Shown piece after piece: positions 50,547 to 60,228 of a stretch of DNA of 64,000 bases; positions within the stretch are counted from its first letter, which is position 1, and each line of letters begins with the position of its first letter. The notes under the pieces are model-generated. The model had not been told where the DNA came from. It searched no databases and saw only the letters and a list, made by a program, of their open reading frames with translations. Source of the stretch: a bacterium (GTDB taxonomy: Bacteria > Zhuqueibacterota > Zhuqueibacteria > Residuimicrobiales > Krinioviventaceae); assembly GCA_963693055.1 (NCBI GenBank), contig OY843751.1, positions 4,928,001 through 4,992,000 of the forward strand, read 5' to 3'. A program made the translations under genes and the position numbers.

Positions 50547-50604
50547 ACTTAAACGTTTGCGATAAAACCAACAAAAACATAAACAAATTTGAGAAATTAG
50601 TCAA
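50547..50604 (-). promoter_or_regulatory. sigma70 promoter and LacI-type operator
   Basis: Minus strand TTGACT-N17-TATGTT (50604-50576); TCGCAAACGTTTAAGT (50562-50547) with AAACGTTT core just downstream. Confidence 0.65.
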
Positions 50605-50645
50605 GTTTTTTTTATGTAAATCCTTGATTATTTTTATTTTTTCTC

Positions 50646-50674
50646 TTGATTTCACCTGTTCAATTCTTTATCTT
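50646..50674 (+). promoter_or_regulatory. sigma70-type promoter for OPT
   Basis: TTGATT-N17-TATCTT. Confidence 0.5.
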
Positions 50675-50721
50675 TTTGTCCAGTGACTGGCCCACCAAAC
50701 AATTTAATGCAAGGAGTTGAT

Positions 50722-52713
50722 ATGGAACCTACCAAAACTTCTCTTCCGGAAAATGCGTACAGAACGCTGAAAGAGGGTGAAACCTATCAGCCTGTCGTTC
50801 CCGATGATAAACCCCTTCGGGAAATTTCAGCCTATTCTCTGATTTCCGGATTATTTTACGCGGCCCTGTTTTCTATGGCCGCTGCTTACCTGGGACTCAA
50901 AATCGGACAAGTGTTTGAAGCCGCTATTCCCATTGCTATTTTAGCTGTGGGTGCATCTACTTTTTTCAAACGCAAAAACTCTCTTTCCGAAAATGTCATG
51001 ATCCAGTCTATTGGGTCCGCTTCAGGTGTAATCGTTGCCGGCGCCATTTTTACATTGCCCGCCATTTATATCCTGGGACTTGAAGCTTCCTTTTTCCAGA
51101 TATTTTTCGCGTCACTGTTTGGCGGTTTTTTGGGCATTCTTTTTCTAATTCCCTTTCGCAAGTATTTCGTACAAGATATGCACGGACAGTTTCCCTTTCC
51201 CGAAGCTACCGCAACCACCGAAGTATTGATCGCCGGAGAAGCCGGTGGCGATCAGGCCAAAATTCTGCTAAAAGCTATGGCCATTGGAGGTATTTACGAC
51301 TTTATAATCAGCAAATTCTACTGGTGGAGTGAGGTTTTTGAAAGCCGTGCAATACCGTTTCTTACCGGTCTTGCCGACAACCTTAAACTTGTCTTTCGTC
51401 TCAATGTTGGCGCTGCTGTTATGGGTTTGGGATACATTATTGGTTTGAAATATTCTGCCATTATTGCAGCAGGCTCTTTTCTGTCATGGTTTGTGTTCAT
51501 CCCTGTGGTTTACTATTTTGGTCAACACGCGCCTGCTATTATTGGCAGTACCGCTTCTGACCTCATTGCAAACATGTCTGCCGAACAGATCTTTTCCGAA
51601 TATGTTCGCCATATCGGTATTGGCGGTATAGCTTGCGCCGGTATTCTGGGAATTATCAAATCCTCCAGTATCATAGGCGGAGCGCTTTCACTGGCCTGGA
51701 AAGAAATGACCGGTGGCAGAAAAGGCGGAAAAGCAACTACATCCCGAATGGGCAAAGATATTCCCATGGGTCTTGTAGGCTTGTTGACTGTTTTAACAGC
51801 TATTTTTATTTTTGTTTTCTTTGCTGTAGGTGTTGTAAGCAACATCTGGCACGCGGTTGTTGGCATTCTCATTGTAATGATCATTGCATTCCTGTTCACT
51901 ACTGTGGCGGCACGGGCCATCGCCATTGTGGGAACCAACCCTGTATCCGGTATGACATTAATGACCCTGATCCTGTCATCCTTTATCCTGGTCAAAGTCG
52001 GACTTACCGGAACCACCGGAATGCTCTCGGCACTTATCATTGGTGGTGTTGTTTGTACAGCATTGTCCATGTCTGGTGCATTTGTAACAGATTTAAAGAT
52101 CGGCTACTGGCTCGGTACTACACCCATTACCCAGCAGAAATATAAATTTTTGGGTACCCTGGTTGCCGCGGCATCGGTAGGTTTTGTAATCATGATGCTG
52201 AACGAAACTTATGGATTCGTGGGCGAAGGCGCTCTGGTAGCTCCACAGGCAAACGCCATGGCCGCTGTCATTAAACCGCTCATGTCTAACCAGCCCGCTC
52301 CCTGGATGCTCTATATCACTGGTGCTATCTTTGCCCTGCTGTTAGAGATGGTTGGCGTTCCCCCGCTGGCTTTTGCACTGGGCATGTATATTCCTCAAGA
52401 CTTTAATACACCTATCCTGGCTGGTGGTTTAATCTCTTATTTTGTACTGAAAAGCAGCAAAGTTGAAGCGGTTATCAATAAACGCCGCGAACGCGGTACC
52501 CTCATCGCTTCCGGGTTCATAGCCGGTGGCGCTATTATGGGTGTTTTAGCTGCATTCATGAAATATGTGGGATTCGATGAAATCCCTTGGGTACAACCCA
52601 TTTTAACGGAACACTGGGCCGAAAGCCACGGCGGCGAACTGCTGGCACTGGCATTTTTCCTTTTGCTCAGTTTCTACCTGTACTGGGATGCTAAACGAGT
52701 TAAAGAAGATTAA
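50722..52713 (+). CDS. OPT family oligopeptide transporter
   Basis: YLGLKIG, AAIPIAIL, FPEATAT, NPVSGMT, DLKIGYWLG, APQANAM; RBS AAGGAG. Confidence 0.95.
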   Translation: MEPTKTSLPENAYRTLKEGETYQPVVPDDKPLREISAYSLISGLFYAALFSMAAAYLGLKIGQVFEAAIPIAILAVGASTFFKRKNSLSENVMIQSIGSASGVIVAGAIFTLPAIYILGLEASFFQIFFASLFGGFLGILFLIPFRKYFVQDMHGQFPFPEATATTEVLIAGEAGGDQAKILLKAMAIGGIYDFIISKFYWWSEVFESRAIPFLTGLADNLKLVFRLNVGAAVMGLGYIIGLKYSAIIAAGSFLSWFVFIPVVYYFGQHAPAIIGSTASDLIANMSAEQIFSEYVRHIGIGGIACAGILGIIKSSSIIGGALSLAWKEMTGGRKGGKATTSRMGKDIPMGLVGLLTVLTAIFIFVFFAVGVVSNIWHAVVGILIVMIIAFLFTTVAARAIAIVGTNPVSGMTLMTLILSSFILVKVGLTGTTGMLSALIIGGVVCTALSMSGAFVTDLKIGYWLGTTPITQQKYKFLGTLVAAASVGFVIMMLNETYGFVGEGALVAPQANAMAAVIKPLMSNQPAPWMLYITGAIFALLLEMVGVPPLAFALGMYIPQDFNTPILAGGLISYFVLKSSKVEAVINKRRERGTLIASGFIAGGAIMGVLAAFMKYVGFDEIPWVQPILTEHWAESHGGELLALAFFLLLSFYLYWDAKRVKED

Positions 52714-52742
52714 AAAAAGCCGGGGCAACCCGGCATTTTTTA
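52714..52742 (+). terminator. Intrinsic terminator
   Basis: GCCGGG-gcaa-CCCGGC followed by T-tract. Confidence 0.75.
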
Positions 52743-52756
52743 TTATCGGGACATAA

Positions 52757-53839
52757 ATGAACTGGGCATACTATATTACCGGGCATGGGTATGGGCATAT
52801 CGTCCGGTCTGTGGAGATTATTAAATCAATTCTCGTACATGATCCAATGGCAACCGTCCACATTCGCACCACAGCTTTCGAGTGGTTGTTCTCGGATGTT
52901 CTGGGGGAAACGGTCTTTTTACATAAAAGCAAACTGGATGTTGGCGTGTTACAAAAAAATAGTTTTGCTGTGGACAAACCAGCTACTTTGCAGGCCAATC
53001 AGGAATTGTTACTAAACAAAATAAGCCTGATAAATCTGGAATCCGATTTTTTACGACAAAACCAAATCGATATTGCTCTGGCAGATATCCCCCCACTTGC
53101 ATTCGAAATCGCGGAAAAGGCAAACATCCTATGTTATGCGGTTGGCAATTTCTCATGGGACTGGATCTATAGCGACTTTACAGTCGAACACCCCCAGTTT
53201 CACGAAATCATTCGGAATATTAAAAACGCTTACAGCAAGGCAACCTGTTTGTTCCAACTCCCCTTTAGTGGTGACATGTCTGTTTTTCCCAAAAGTATTT
53301 CTACACCGTTGGTAGCCAGAAAAGCCCAAATTTCAAAAGAGCAGGCAAGAAAAATACTCGGGCTGAATAATTACGATACAGTGATTCTGATCGCCCTGCG
53401 CAGCCAGGACCTTGAACAAGTCAATTGGGACAATGTGGGGAGATTAAAAAACTATAAATTCCTGATATCATCCAAACAGATTGACCAACCCAATTTTGTG
53501 CATATTCCGGAAGGTACGCTGACATTTACGGACATTTTGAATGCCTGCAATCTGGTGATATCCAAACCCGGGTACAGTTTACTTTCGGAATGTATTGCGA
53601 ATCAGATCCCCATTCTTTACATCCCCAGACAACATTTTATTGAAGATGTTCCCCTCATCCGGGCGCTCAAACAGGATTTCAAAAGCCAGGAGCTGGATTA
53701 CCCATCGTTCATTAGCGGAGACTGGCAATCTGCTATAGATCGATTACTTCATAGTGATAAAAAGTGGAGACCTGTTCCGTCTGATGGTGCGGATTTTATT
53801 ATTAAAGAGATTCTAAAAGGCAAAAGGCGCCCTGCCTGA
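52757..53839 (+). CDS. GT-B glycosyltransferase-like protein (resembles the arabinokinase N-terminal domain)
   Basis: YYITGHGYGH..RS, DVGVLQ, ADIPP, NFSWDWIY, ISKPGYS..SEC. Confidence 0.78.
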   Translation: MNWAYYITGHGYGHIVRSVEIIKSILVHDPMATVHIRTTAFEWLFSDVLGETVFLHKSKLDVGVLQKNSFAVDKPATLQANQELLLNKISLINLESDFLRQNQIDIALADIPPLAFEIAEKANILCYAVGNFSWDWIYSDFTVEHPQFHEIIRNIKNAYSKATCLFQLPFSGDMSVFPKSISTPLVARKAQISKEQARKILGLNNYDTVILIALRSQDLEQVNWDNVGRLKNYKFLISSKQIDQPNFVHIPEGTLTFTDILNACNLVISKPGYSLLSECIANQIPILYIPRQHFIEDVPLIRALKQDFKSQELDYPSFISGDWQSAIDRLLHSDKKWRPVPSDGADFIIKEILKGKRRPA

Positions 53840-53854
53840 TCTCAGAGCGCCTTT
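53823..53854. terminator. Hairpin between convergent genes
   Basis: AAAGGCGC...GCGCCTTT overlapping the GT stop. Confidence 0.55.
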
Positions 53855-53891
53855 AATACCGGAGTGTGTGTGGAGTTGTCTGTGTTACATT

Positions 53892-54281
53892 TTACATACT
53901 GGCGATCAATCTGTTTTCAAGCATATTGATTGCGCCATTTAAAACCGTACGTACAGTCTGACGGTTTTCTACATCCAGGCAGTCCCGCAATGCGGATACT
54001 GTATATTCATCACCTACACGTGTAAGCGCTACAATCGCTACAATGCGTGCGGCATAATTATCTTCATTCTGTGCCATATCAATCAGACGATCTTGAACTT
54101 CACGGCATCCATCGTCAGCTAGATGCATAACGGCATCAGCTCTTTTTTCCACCATTGTATGATCAAGGTTCTTTAAATATTTACCCTCGCATACATGATC
54201 GCTATTGGGCATATTGCTAAAAGAAAAAGCCATTCCACTCAGGAACAGTATTACAATAGATATACAAACCAGATTTTTCAT
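53892..54281 (-). CDS. Small secreted HEAT-repeat protein
   Basis: Signal peptide; R..AV..L, R..AI.AL..VGD, VR....AI HEAT pattern; RBS GGAGG before MKNLV. Confidence 0.78.
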   Translation of the reverse strand: MKNLVCISIVILFLSGMAFSFSNMPNSDHVCEGKYLKNLDHTMVEKRADAVMHLADDGCREVQDRLIDMAQNEDNYAARIVAIVALTRVGDEYTVSALRDCLDVENRQTVRTVLNGAINMLENRLIASM

Positions 54282-54324
54282 GATGACCTCCATTTAATTG
54301 TTCTCGTTTTATGCTTCTCCTTAC

Positions 54325-54339
54325 GCAAGGTACATGCCA
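54325..54339 (-). promoter_or_regulatory. sigma54 -24/-12 promoter of the HEAT gene
   Basis: Minus strand TGGCATGTACCTTGC (GG-N10-GC). Confidence 0.8.
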
Positions 54340-54389
54340 TAAAATTGTTAACAATTGTTAAAAATAAAACTTCCCCACAAACTCAAAAT

Positions 54390-54505
54390 TAACAACATAT
54401 TGGGTAGTCAAAATGAATTAGTATTCAAACACGGAAATGTAATTGGTACCTTTTAGAGCACTTTGAACTGGTACACAACCCCCACCTGGTACGTTTCGTA
54501 CCAGG
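54390..54505. promoter_or_regulatory. IHF-like site plus candidate enhancer sites
   Basis: TAACAACATATTG (54390-54402, one mismatch to WATCAANNNNTTR); TGGTAC at 54444 and 54469; palindrome CCTGGTACG-ttt-CGTACCAGG (54485-54505). Confidence 0.5.
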
Positions 54506-56044
54506 CTAGAGCTCGATATTATATTTTTGGATTTTCTCGCGAAGGGTTTTACGGGCAATCCCCAATATTCTTGCTGCCGCACTTTTGTTATTTTCTACCT
54601 GCTTTAAAACGGAAATTATATGGTCACGCTCCAAAGCATCCAACGATAACTGGGATTTCTTTTCAACTTTGGGATGTCCGTTTTTGCCACTGGTGGGCAT
54701 ATAATTAAGTGTTACGATATCATACTGTCCCATTATCACGGCCCGTTCAATAATATTTCGCAATTCACGTACATTCCCGGGAAAATGATAACCATGCATC
54801 CAGTCAACAACTGATGGATCAAAGCCCTTGACTGATTTCTGATATCGCTCATTAAAAATGTGCAAAAAATTATTCGCGAGCAGCAAAATATCATCACCTC
54901 TTTCCCGCAAGGGTGGAATCTCAATCTGGAATACATTTATTCGGTAGAACAAATCTTCTCTAAACTCTCCATTTTGCATTGCAGAAGACAGGTTTTTATT
55001 GGTTGCCGCAATCAATCGAACATCCGAATAGGTATTATCATTACTGCCAATACGTTGAAACTGACCATCCTGCAAGACACGCAGCAGCTTGGCTTGCACA
55101 TGCAGGTTCATATCTCCTATCTCATCCAGAAACAGTGTAGAATCGTTGGCAAATTCAAACTTGCCTTTTTTCGCAGCAATTGCTCCGGTAAATGCCCCCT
55201 TTTCGTGCCCGAACAATTCACTTTCTACCAGATTGTCAGGCATGGCGGCACAATTCATGGTTACCAGAGGCTTTGTTGAACGTCTGCTTTGCACATGTAT
55301 AGACCGTGCAACCAACTCTTTACCGGTACCGCTTTCTCCGGTAATGAGCACCGGTACTTTTTCAGCTGCAATTCTGCTGATCATTTCTTTGACCCGAATA
55401 ATCTCTGAAGAGTGCCCCAAAAGCTCGTCATAATCATCCTTGGCCTTTACCCGGATATATGGATGAAAAACCTGAACGGTTTCATCTTGCAACGGTTTTT
55501 CAGAGTTGACAACATGATCTTTAACATAAACCGCTTGACGTAATGACAGATTGTCAAACTGCACTCCAATATGACTGGTTAAAATTCGCATCAGGTCAAT
55601 AAGTTCTACTGTATACTCTCTTCCTGACCGTGGTTTCCCCAATCCCAGCACACCAATGTATCTGTCTTTAACAAAAAAAGGAATCCGCAATTCACAGTAT
55701 TCCAATTGATCAGGATCATAAAGCATGATAAATGTATCGCTGTGATTCTCAGGTGCCGCTAATACTTCACCACCTTTTGCAATCGCAGCCGCAACATCCA
55801 CACAACGGTTCATTGCCGGGGGAATGTTTCTTTCAAAACAGCATCCAAGATATTTATCCAGAACCAGATCTCCAGAGCTGCTTTCAAATAATGTAATGGA
55901 AACATAATCAGGTTGTACATGTTTTTCAATAAACTCCAGGGTAAACTGGGCCAATCCATCAAAATCACCCAACTTGCCAACACTGTCTGCAAATTCAGCC
56001 AGCTTTGCAATCAATTCCGAGGTATTCAATTCCTGTTGGTGCAT
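54506..56044 (-). CDS. sigma54-dependent activator (bEBP) with GAF-like input domain
   Basis: GAF-like (RIPFFVKDRYIGVLGLG), GESGTGKE, GAFTGA, LFLDEIG, FPGNVRELRN, Fis HTH; start MHQQEL with RBS AAGGA. Confidence 0.92.
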   Translation of the reverse strand: MHQQELNTSELIAKLAEFADSVGKLGDFDGLAQFTLEFIEKHVQPDYVSITLFESSSGDLVLDKYLGCCFERNIPPAMNRCVDVAAAIAKGGEVLAAPENHSDTFIMLYDPDQLEYCELRIPFFVKDRYIGVLGLGKPRSGREYTVELIDLMRILTSHIGVQFDNLSLRQAVYVKDHVVNSEKPLQDETVQVFHPYIRVKAKDDYDELLGHSSEIIRVKEMISRIAAEKVPVLITGESGTGKELVARSIHVQSRRSTKPLVTMNCAAMPDNLVESELFGHEKGAFTGAIAAKKGKFEFANDSTLFLDEIGDMNLHVQAKLLRVLQDGQFQRIGSNDNTYSDVRLIAATNKNLSSAMQNGEFREDLFYRINVFQIEIPPLRERGDDILLLANNFLHIFNERYQKSVKGFDPSVVDWMHGYHFPGNVRELRNIIERAVIMGQYDIVTLNYMPTSGKNGHPKVEKKSQLSLDALERDHIISVLKQVENNKSAAARILGIARKTLREKIQKYNIEL

Positions 56045-56051
56045 ATATTCC

Positions 56052-56879
56052 TTACAATTTAGATCCACAAAACTTGCAATAAACAGCATCCCATTCATGA
56101 CCCTCAGCACTGCAAGACGGACACGACTGGGTAGAAACTTTGGCTCCGGCAATTTGTGTCATTTCAGCGGTAACAATACCGGTAGGGACCGCAATAATCG
56201 CATACCCCAGTATCATAATCACCGCTGCCAGTGCCTGTCCCAGATTGGTTTGCGGAGCAATATCTCCATATCCCACAGTGGTGAGTGTTACTATAGCCCA
56301 GTATATACTTTTGGGTATGCTGGTAAATCCATTCTTTTCGCCTTCTATTATATATATAAGCGAACCCAGAATAATGACAAGCGTCAATACGGTAAACAAA
56401 AACACAATGATCTTGCGTTTACTCGCCCGCAATGCTTTCATCAATTGCCTGGCCTCACGCAGATATTGAACAAATTTTAACACACGGAAAATCCTCAAAA
56501 CCCGCAAAATCCGGATAACCAGAAAAAACTGACTGCCGGGCAATATTAAACTGAGATAGGTGGGAAGGATTGCCAATAAATCAATAATTCCGAAAAAACT
56601 CTTAGCATATGACCAGGGGCGACGGACACTCACTATGCGGACCAGGTATTCAATGGTGAACAAAATCGTAAAAAACCATTCCAGCATCAAAAACTGCTTT
56701 CCAAACATGGACCGAAATGAGGCCACACTGTCCAACATGACCACAAGCACACTGGCAAGAATGCAAACGATTAACGCAATATCAAACAGCTTGCCTGCGG
56801 TTGTATCTGCTTCAAAAATAATCTCGTGCAGCCGGGTCCTTGCTCGCCCCCCTTGCGCTTTTCCAAAATAATCCACCAT
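56052..56879 (-). CDS. Voltage-gated-type potassium channel
   Basis: S4 RILRVLRIFRVLK, filter TTVGYGD, C-terminal CPSC...CKFC. Confidence 0.95.
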   Translation of the reverse strand: MVDYFGKAQGGRARTRLHEIIFEADTTAGKLFDIALIVCILASVLVVMLDSVASFRSMFGKQFLMLEWFFTILFTIEYLVRIVSVRRPWSYAKSFFGIIDLLAILPTYLSLILPGSQFFLVIRILRVLRIFRVLKFVQYLREARQLMKALRASKRKIIVFLFTVLTLVIILGSLIYIIEGEKNGFTSIPKSIYWAIVTLTTVGYGDIAPQTNLGQALAAVIMILGYAIIAVPTGIVTAEMTQIAGAKVSTQSCPSCSAEGHEWDAVYCKFCGSKL

Positions 56880-57235
56880 TACCTCTCGTTCTCTTTTACA
56901 ATGAACTCATCATTGGGATCAAAAGCTGGCTGTGCAACAATGACAGCCGTCACTTTACCCATCACCTTGTGTTTTATACCGGGTGGAATCTGTATCACTA
57001 CACCCGGCTCAAGCTCTGCATGTTCATTATCTAACACCATCGTCCCGCGTCCGTTCAGAATATAATAAATTTCAGTAATTTTTGCATGATAATGTAGTTC
57101 GGCATCCTCAATCTCGGTACGGTGCACACTCACATTCGGGTTCTCATCCCGGTTTATAAAACGCTGGCTGGTCCCGCAGGGACACGGTACCGCTGGCACA
57201 TCGTCTATATGCTTTACGATCAATTCCACACTCAT
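56879..57235 (-). CDS. Cupin domain protein
   Basis: CPCG, HYH...EIYYIL.G.G, IPPGIKH; start MSVEL with RBS GGAG. Confidence 0.9.
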   Translation of the reverse strand: MSVELIVKHIDDVPAVPCPCGTSQRFINRDENPNVSVHRTEIEDAELHYHAKITEIYYILNGRGTMVLDNEHAELEPGVVIQIPPGIKHKVMGKVTAVIVAQPAFDPNDEFIVKENER

Positions 57236-57451
57236 GTTCCACTCCAAAAAAAATACTTTTTCATACCTTAAATATGGCAACCAAAATGTAAAATTTCAAT
57301 AGATTAATTTTAAAAAAAGACAATCTGGAAGCGTCGATGTTTTTAAGCTCTTATTAGCTTATCAACTACAGGTTTTAATCATTCGTTTTATTCGTGTTCC
57401 ATCTGTTAATTTTATTTATCTACCTGAATTCACGCATCACCAGAAAAAACA

Positions 57452-57480
57452 TTGATTGTCCGCAAATGTTTTCCTAAATT
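57452..57480 (+). promoter_or_regulatory. sigma70-type promoter for pdp
   Basis: TTGATT-N17-TAAATT, 22 bp before ATG. Confidence 0.5.
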
Positions 57481-57502
57481 ACCCACAAAAACAGATGGGC
57501 CT

Positions 57503-58804
57503 ATGAATTACACAACTATTCTTGAAAAAAAACGTGACGGTTTACGGCTGAACAGCCGTGAAATAGATTTTTGTATAGACGAGATTGCTCGCGGACATGT
57601 TCCCGATTACCAGGTGTCCGCATTACTCATGGCAATTTATATTCAGGGTATGACACCCCAGGAAACTGCCCGCCTGACACGCGCAATGACCCATTCCGGA
57701 GAAATTATTGACCTCTCAGATATTCCCGGCCCTAAAATTGACAAGCATAGCACTGGCGGTGTGGGAGACAAAGTATCTATCGTCCTTGCACCACTCGCTG
57801 CCGCCGCAGGTATCAATGTTCCCATGATCTCGGGTCGAAGTCTGGGACACACCGGTGGTACGCTCGACAAGCTGGAATCTATTCCGGGATTCAGAACTGA
57901 CCTCAGCATTGAGGAATTTAAAACCAATATTAAGGATCTGGGCTTGTGTCTCATCGGCCAAACCAAAGACGTTGCACCGGCAGACAAGATCATGTACTCG
58001 CTTCGAGACGCAACCGCAACAGTCAGCTCGGTTCCGCTTATCACGTCCAGCATTATGAGTAAAAAACTTGCTGAAGGGATAAACGGCTTGGTTCTGGATG
58101 TCAAAATAGGCAATGGCAGCTTTTTACCCGACATGGACAAAGCAGAACAATTGACCCAAAGCCTGATCGATACCGCAATGCTTAACGATCTCAAAGTAAC
58201 AGCCATGCTCACAGACATGGACCAGCCGCTGGGAGACTGTGCGGGTAACTGGGTAGAAATTGTAGAGTCGGTTAATACATTACAAGGCAAAGGCCCTCAG
58301 GACCTTACCGAATTAACCCTTGCTCAGGCAGCACACATGATGCTGATGGCTGAAAAAGCCGAGACATTCGACCAAGCCAAAGAAACATTGACCGGTCTTT
58401 TGAACAATGGCAAAGCCTATGAAAAGTTCCTACAAATTGTGGAAAGACAATACGGTGACATCTCTGTATTTGAAAACCCGGAGGAATTGTATCAACCTGC
58501 TCAAAAGATCAGCATTCTTGCGCAGGAAAGCGGAATTATATCTTCCATGCAAACACGGGATATTGGCTATATACTGGTAGACCTTGGCGGTGGTAGACGC
58601 CACGTGCATGACAAAATCGATCCTGCCGCAGCAATCTGGTTCCATAGAAAAAAAGGAGAAGCTGTGATTGCGGGTGATACATTAATGACAGTTTATACCA
58701 ATCGCCCGGTCAAAGACCTTGAAAAAAAATTACTTGAAACCGTAACAATTAGTGAAGAATTTAACCTGGATAATCATCTGATTTACAAGACCATAAAACC
58801 CTGA
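57503..58804 (+). CDS. pdp: Pyrimidine-nucleoside/thymidine phosphorylase
   Basis: KKRDG, DKHSTGGVGDK, SGRSLGHTGGTLDKLESIPG, SIMSKK. Confidence 0.95.
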   Translation: MNYTTILEKKRDGLRLNSREIDFCIDEIARGHVPDYQVSALLMAIYIQGMTPQETARLTRAMTHSGEIIDLSDIPGPKIDKHSTGGVGDKVSIVLAPLAAAAGINVPMISGRSLGHTGGTLDKLESIPGFRTDLSIEEFKTNIKDLGLCLIGQTKDVAPADKIMYSLRDATATVSSVPLITSSIMSKKLAEGINGLVLDVKIGNGSFLPDMDKAEQLTQSLIDTAMLNDLKVTAMLTDMDQPLGDCAGNWVEIVESVNTLQGKGPQDLTELTLAQAAHMMLMAEKAETFDQAKETLTGLLNNGKAYEKFLQIVERQYGDISVFENPEELYQPAQKISILAQESGIISSMQTRDIGYILVDLGGGRRHVHDKIDPAAAIWFHRKKGEAVIAGDTLMTVYTNRPVKDLEKKLLETVTISEEFNLDNHLIYKTIKP

Positions 58805-58817
58805 GGCACTATATAAA

Positions 58818-59366
58818 ATGCGAATCGAAAAAATGGAAATCCCCGATGTGCTGCTCATCACCCCTAAAGTCCATGGAGACCACAGGGGCTATTTCATGGA
58901 GATTTATAACCAGCAGATCCTGAAAGAGCAGGGTTTTACAGCAAATTTTGTACAAGACAATATGAGCAGTTCAGTCAAGGGCACCTTACGCGGTTTGCAT
59001 TACCAGCTTGAACCGCATGCCCAGGGAAAACTCGTAAGGGTTATCAGAGGTTCGGTCTTTGATGTAGCTGTAGATATACGGCAAACTTCACCCACCTATG
59101 GGAAATGGGTTGGCGCTGAACTCTCGGAAGACAATAAACAGGCATTATATGTACCCCCGGGTTTTGCGCATGGATTCTATGTATTGTCTGATATTGCCGA
59201 ATTCATGTACAAATGTACCGATTTGTACGCACCACAGGCCGAACGTGGAATTATCTGGAACGATCCGGAAATAAATATACAATGGCCTTTGTTGGATAAA
59301 AAGATGATAATATCTGATAAAGATAAAAACTTGCCGTTGCTCAAAAATACGGATAACAATTTTTAA
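58818..59366 (+). CDS. rfbC: dTDP-4-dehydrorhamnose 3,5-epimerase
   Basis: DHRGYF.E, FVQDN.S.S.KGTLRGLHYQ, QGKLV, DVAVDIR, PPGFAHGF. Confidence 0.97.
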   Translation: MRIEKMEIPDVLLITPKVHGDHRGYFMEIYNQQILKEQGFTANFVQDNMSSSVKGTLRGLHYQLEPHAQGKLVRVIRGSVFDVAVDIRQTSPTYGKWVGAELSEDNKQALYVPPGFAHGFYVLSDIAEFMYKCTDLYAPQAERGIIWNDPEINIQWPLLDKKMIISDKDKNLPLLKNTDNNF

Positions 59367-59369
59367 ATA

Positions 59370-59663
59370 ATGAACCCAAATACAAAAAATGCGCTTTCAT
59401 GGATTATCATTCTCGCAGGAATGATTTTCCTTTTTCTCACAACCGCGTCTCCTTTTCTGCATAATCACAACGCAGATTTTGAGCACCATGAAGACTGTCC
59501 GGTTTCCCGGATGGAAGCCACGCTTTTTATTATTATCCTCACCATTATTCTGGCTTTTGTACAAACCCTGCAAAAGACCGGCTCTGCTCTTTTCCACAGG
59601 GACCTTGTCATTATCAGCCAGGTTGCATCTTCTCCGCTCAAATTACGGGCTCCTCCTGCTTAA
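59370..59663 (+). CDS. DUF2946-like His-rich leader protein ending in RAPP
   Basis: TM - HNHNADFEHHEDCPVS - hydrophobic helix - LKLRAPPA*. Confidence 0.78.
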   Translation: MNPNTKNALSWIIILAGMIFLFLTTASPFLHNHNADFEHHEDCPVSRMEATLFIIILTIILAFVQTLQKTGSALFHRDLVIISQVASSPLKLRAPPA

Positions 59664-59748
59664 TCCGTTTACCTAACAAAATACAACTCTTTTTTATACC
59701 ATTTTATCAGGTACTTGGAAACGTATATCTATAAACAGGAGAAATCCC

Positions 59749-60222
59749 ATGAAAATTATAAATACATCCAAATGGATCATATTATTCAGCATCATTACAA
59801 TCCTTTTTTTCACTGCATGTTCAGATGACAGCAATCCCGTTGACACCCATGAATCAGACCATGACCACGCTGAAGCTGCTGGCTTAATTGTATCTTTAGG
59901 TGATCAGGAACTGGTCAGCTATAAAGAAGGCACCGTTACCGGCTCTTTTGCCATTACCACAGGACAAACTACAGACAAATTGACCATTCAATTTATCGCA
60001 GAAGACGGTGATATTTTCACCCCCGAAGGCGATCATTATGCATTTGTCTGGGAAGTTGGCAATACTGCGGTAGCAAACATTCTTCAGGAAGATAGTTATG
60101 GCAAATGGGAATTTGCCATTTCGGCAATTGCGGCAGGACAAACAACTGTCATTTTCAAAATTTTTCATGAAGACCATGCCGATTTTGTCTCTCCAGAGAT
60201 TTCTATAACTGTTGCAGATTAA
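59749..60222 (+). CDS. His-rich lipoprotein, putative metal binding
   Basis: Lipobox FTAC; HESDHDHAEAAG and HEDHADF; RBS AGGAG. Confidence 0.85.
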   Translation: MKIINTSKWIILFSIITILFFTACSDDSNPVDTHESDHDHAEAAGLIVSLGDQELVSYKEGTVTGSFAITTGQTTDKLTIQFIAEDGDIFTPEGDHYAFVWEVGNTAVANILQEDSYGKWEFAISAIAAGQTTVIFKIFHEDHADFVSPEISITVAD

Positions 60223-60228
60223 GGTGGC

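Noticed and set aside
56045-56152. ORF-track N-terminal extensions (bEBP to 56152; also macA 22275, anti-sigma 16673, lacI 50546, pdp 57452, FapA-like 26938)
   Set aside because: They overlap neighbouring genes, terminators or promoters; downstream ATGs fit the domain boundaries and mostly have better RBSs
58818-59366. rfbC as part of an O-antigen cluster or linked to rhamnose catabolism
   Set aside because: No rfbA/B/D or polysaccharide genes adjacent; orphan rfbC is common and about 9 kb from the isomerase
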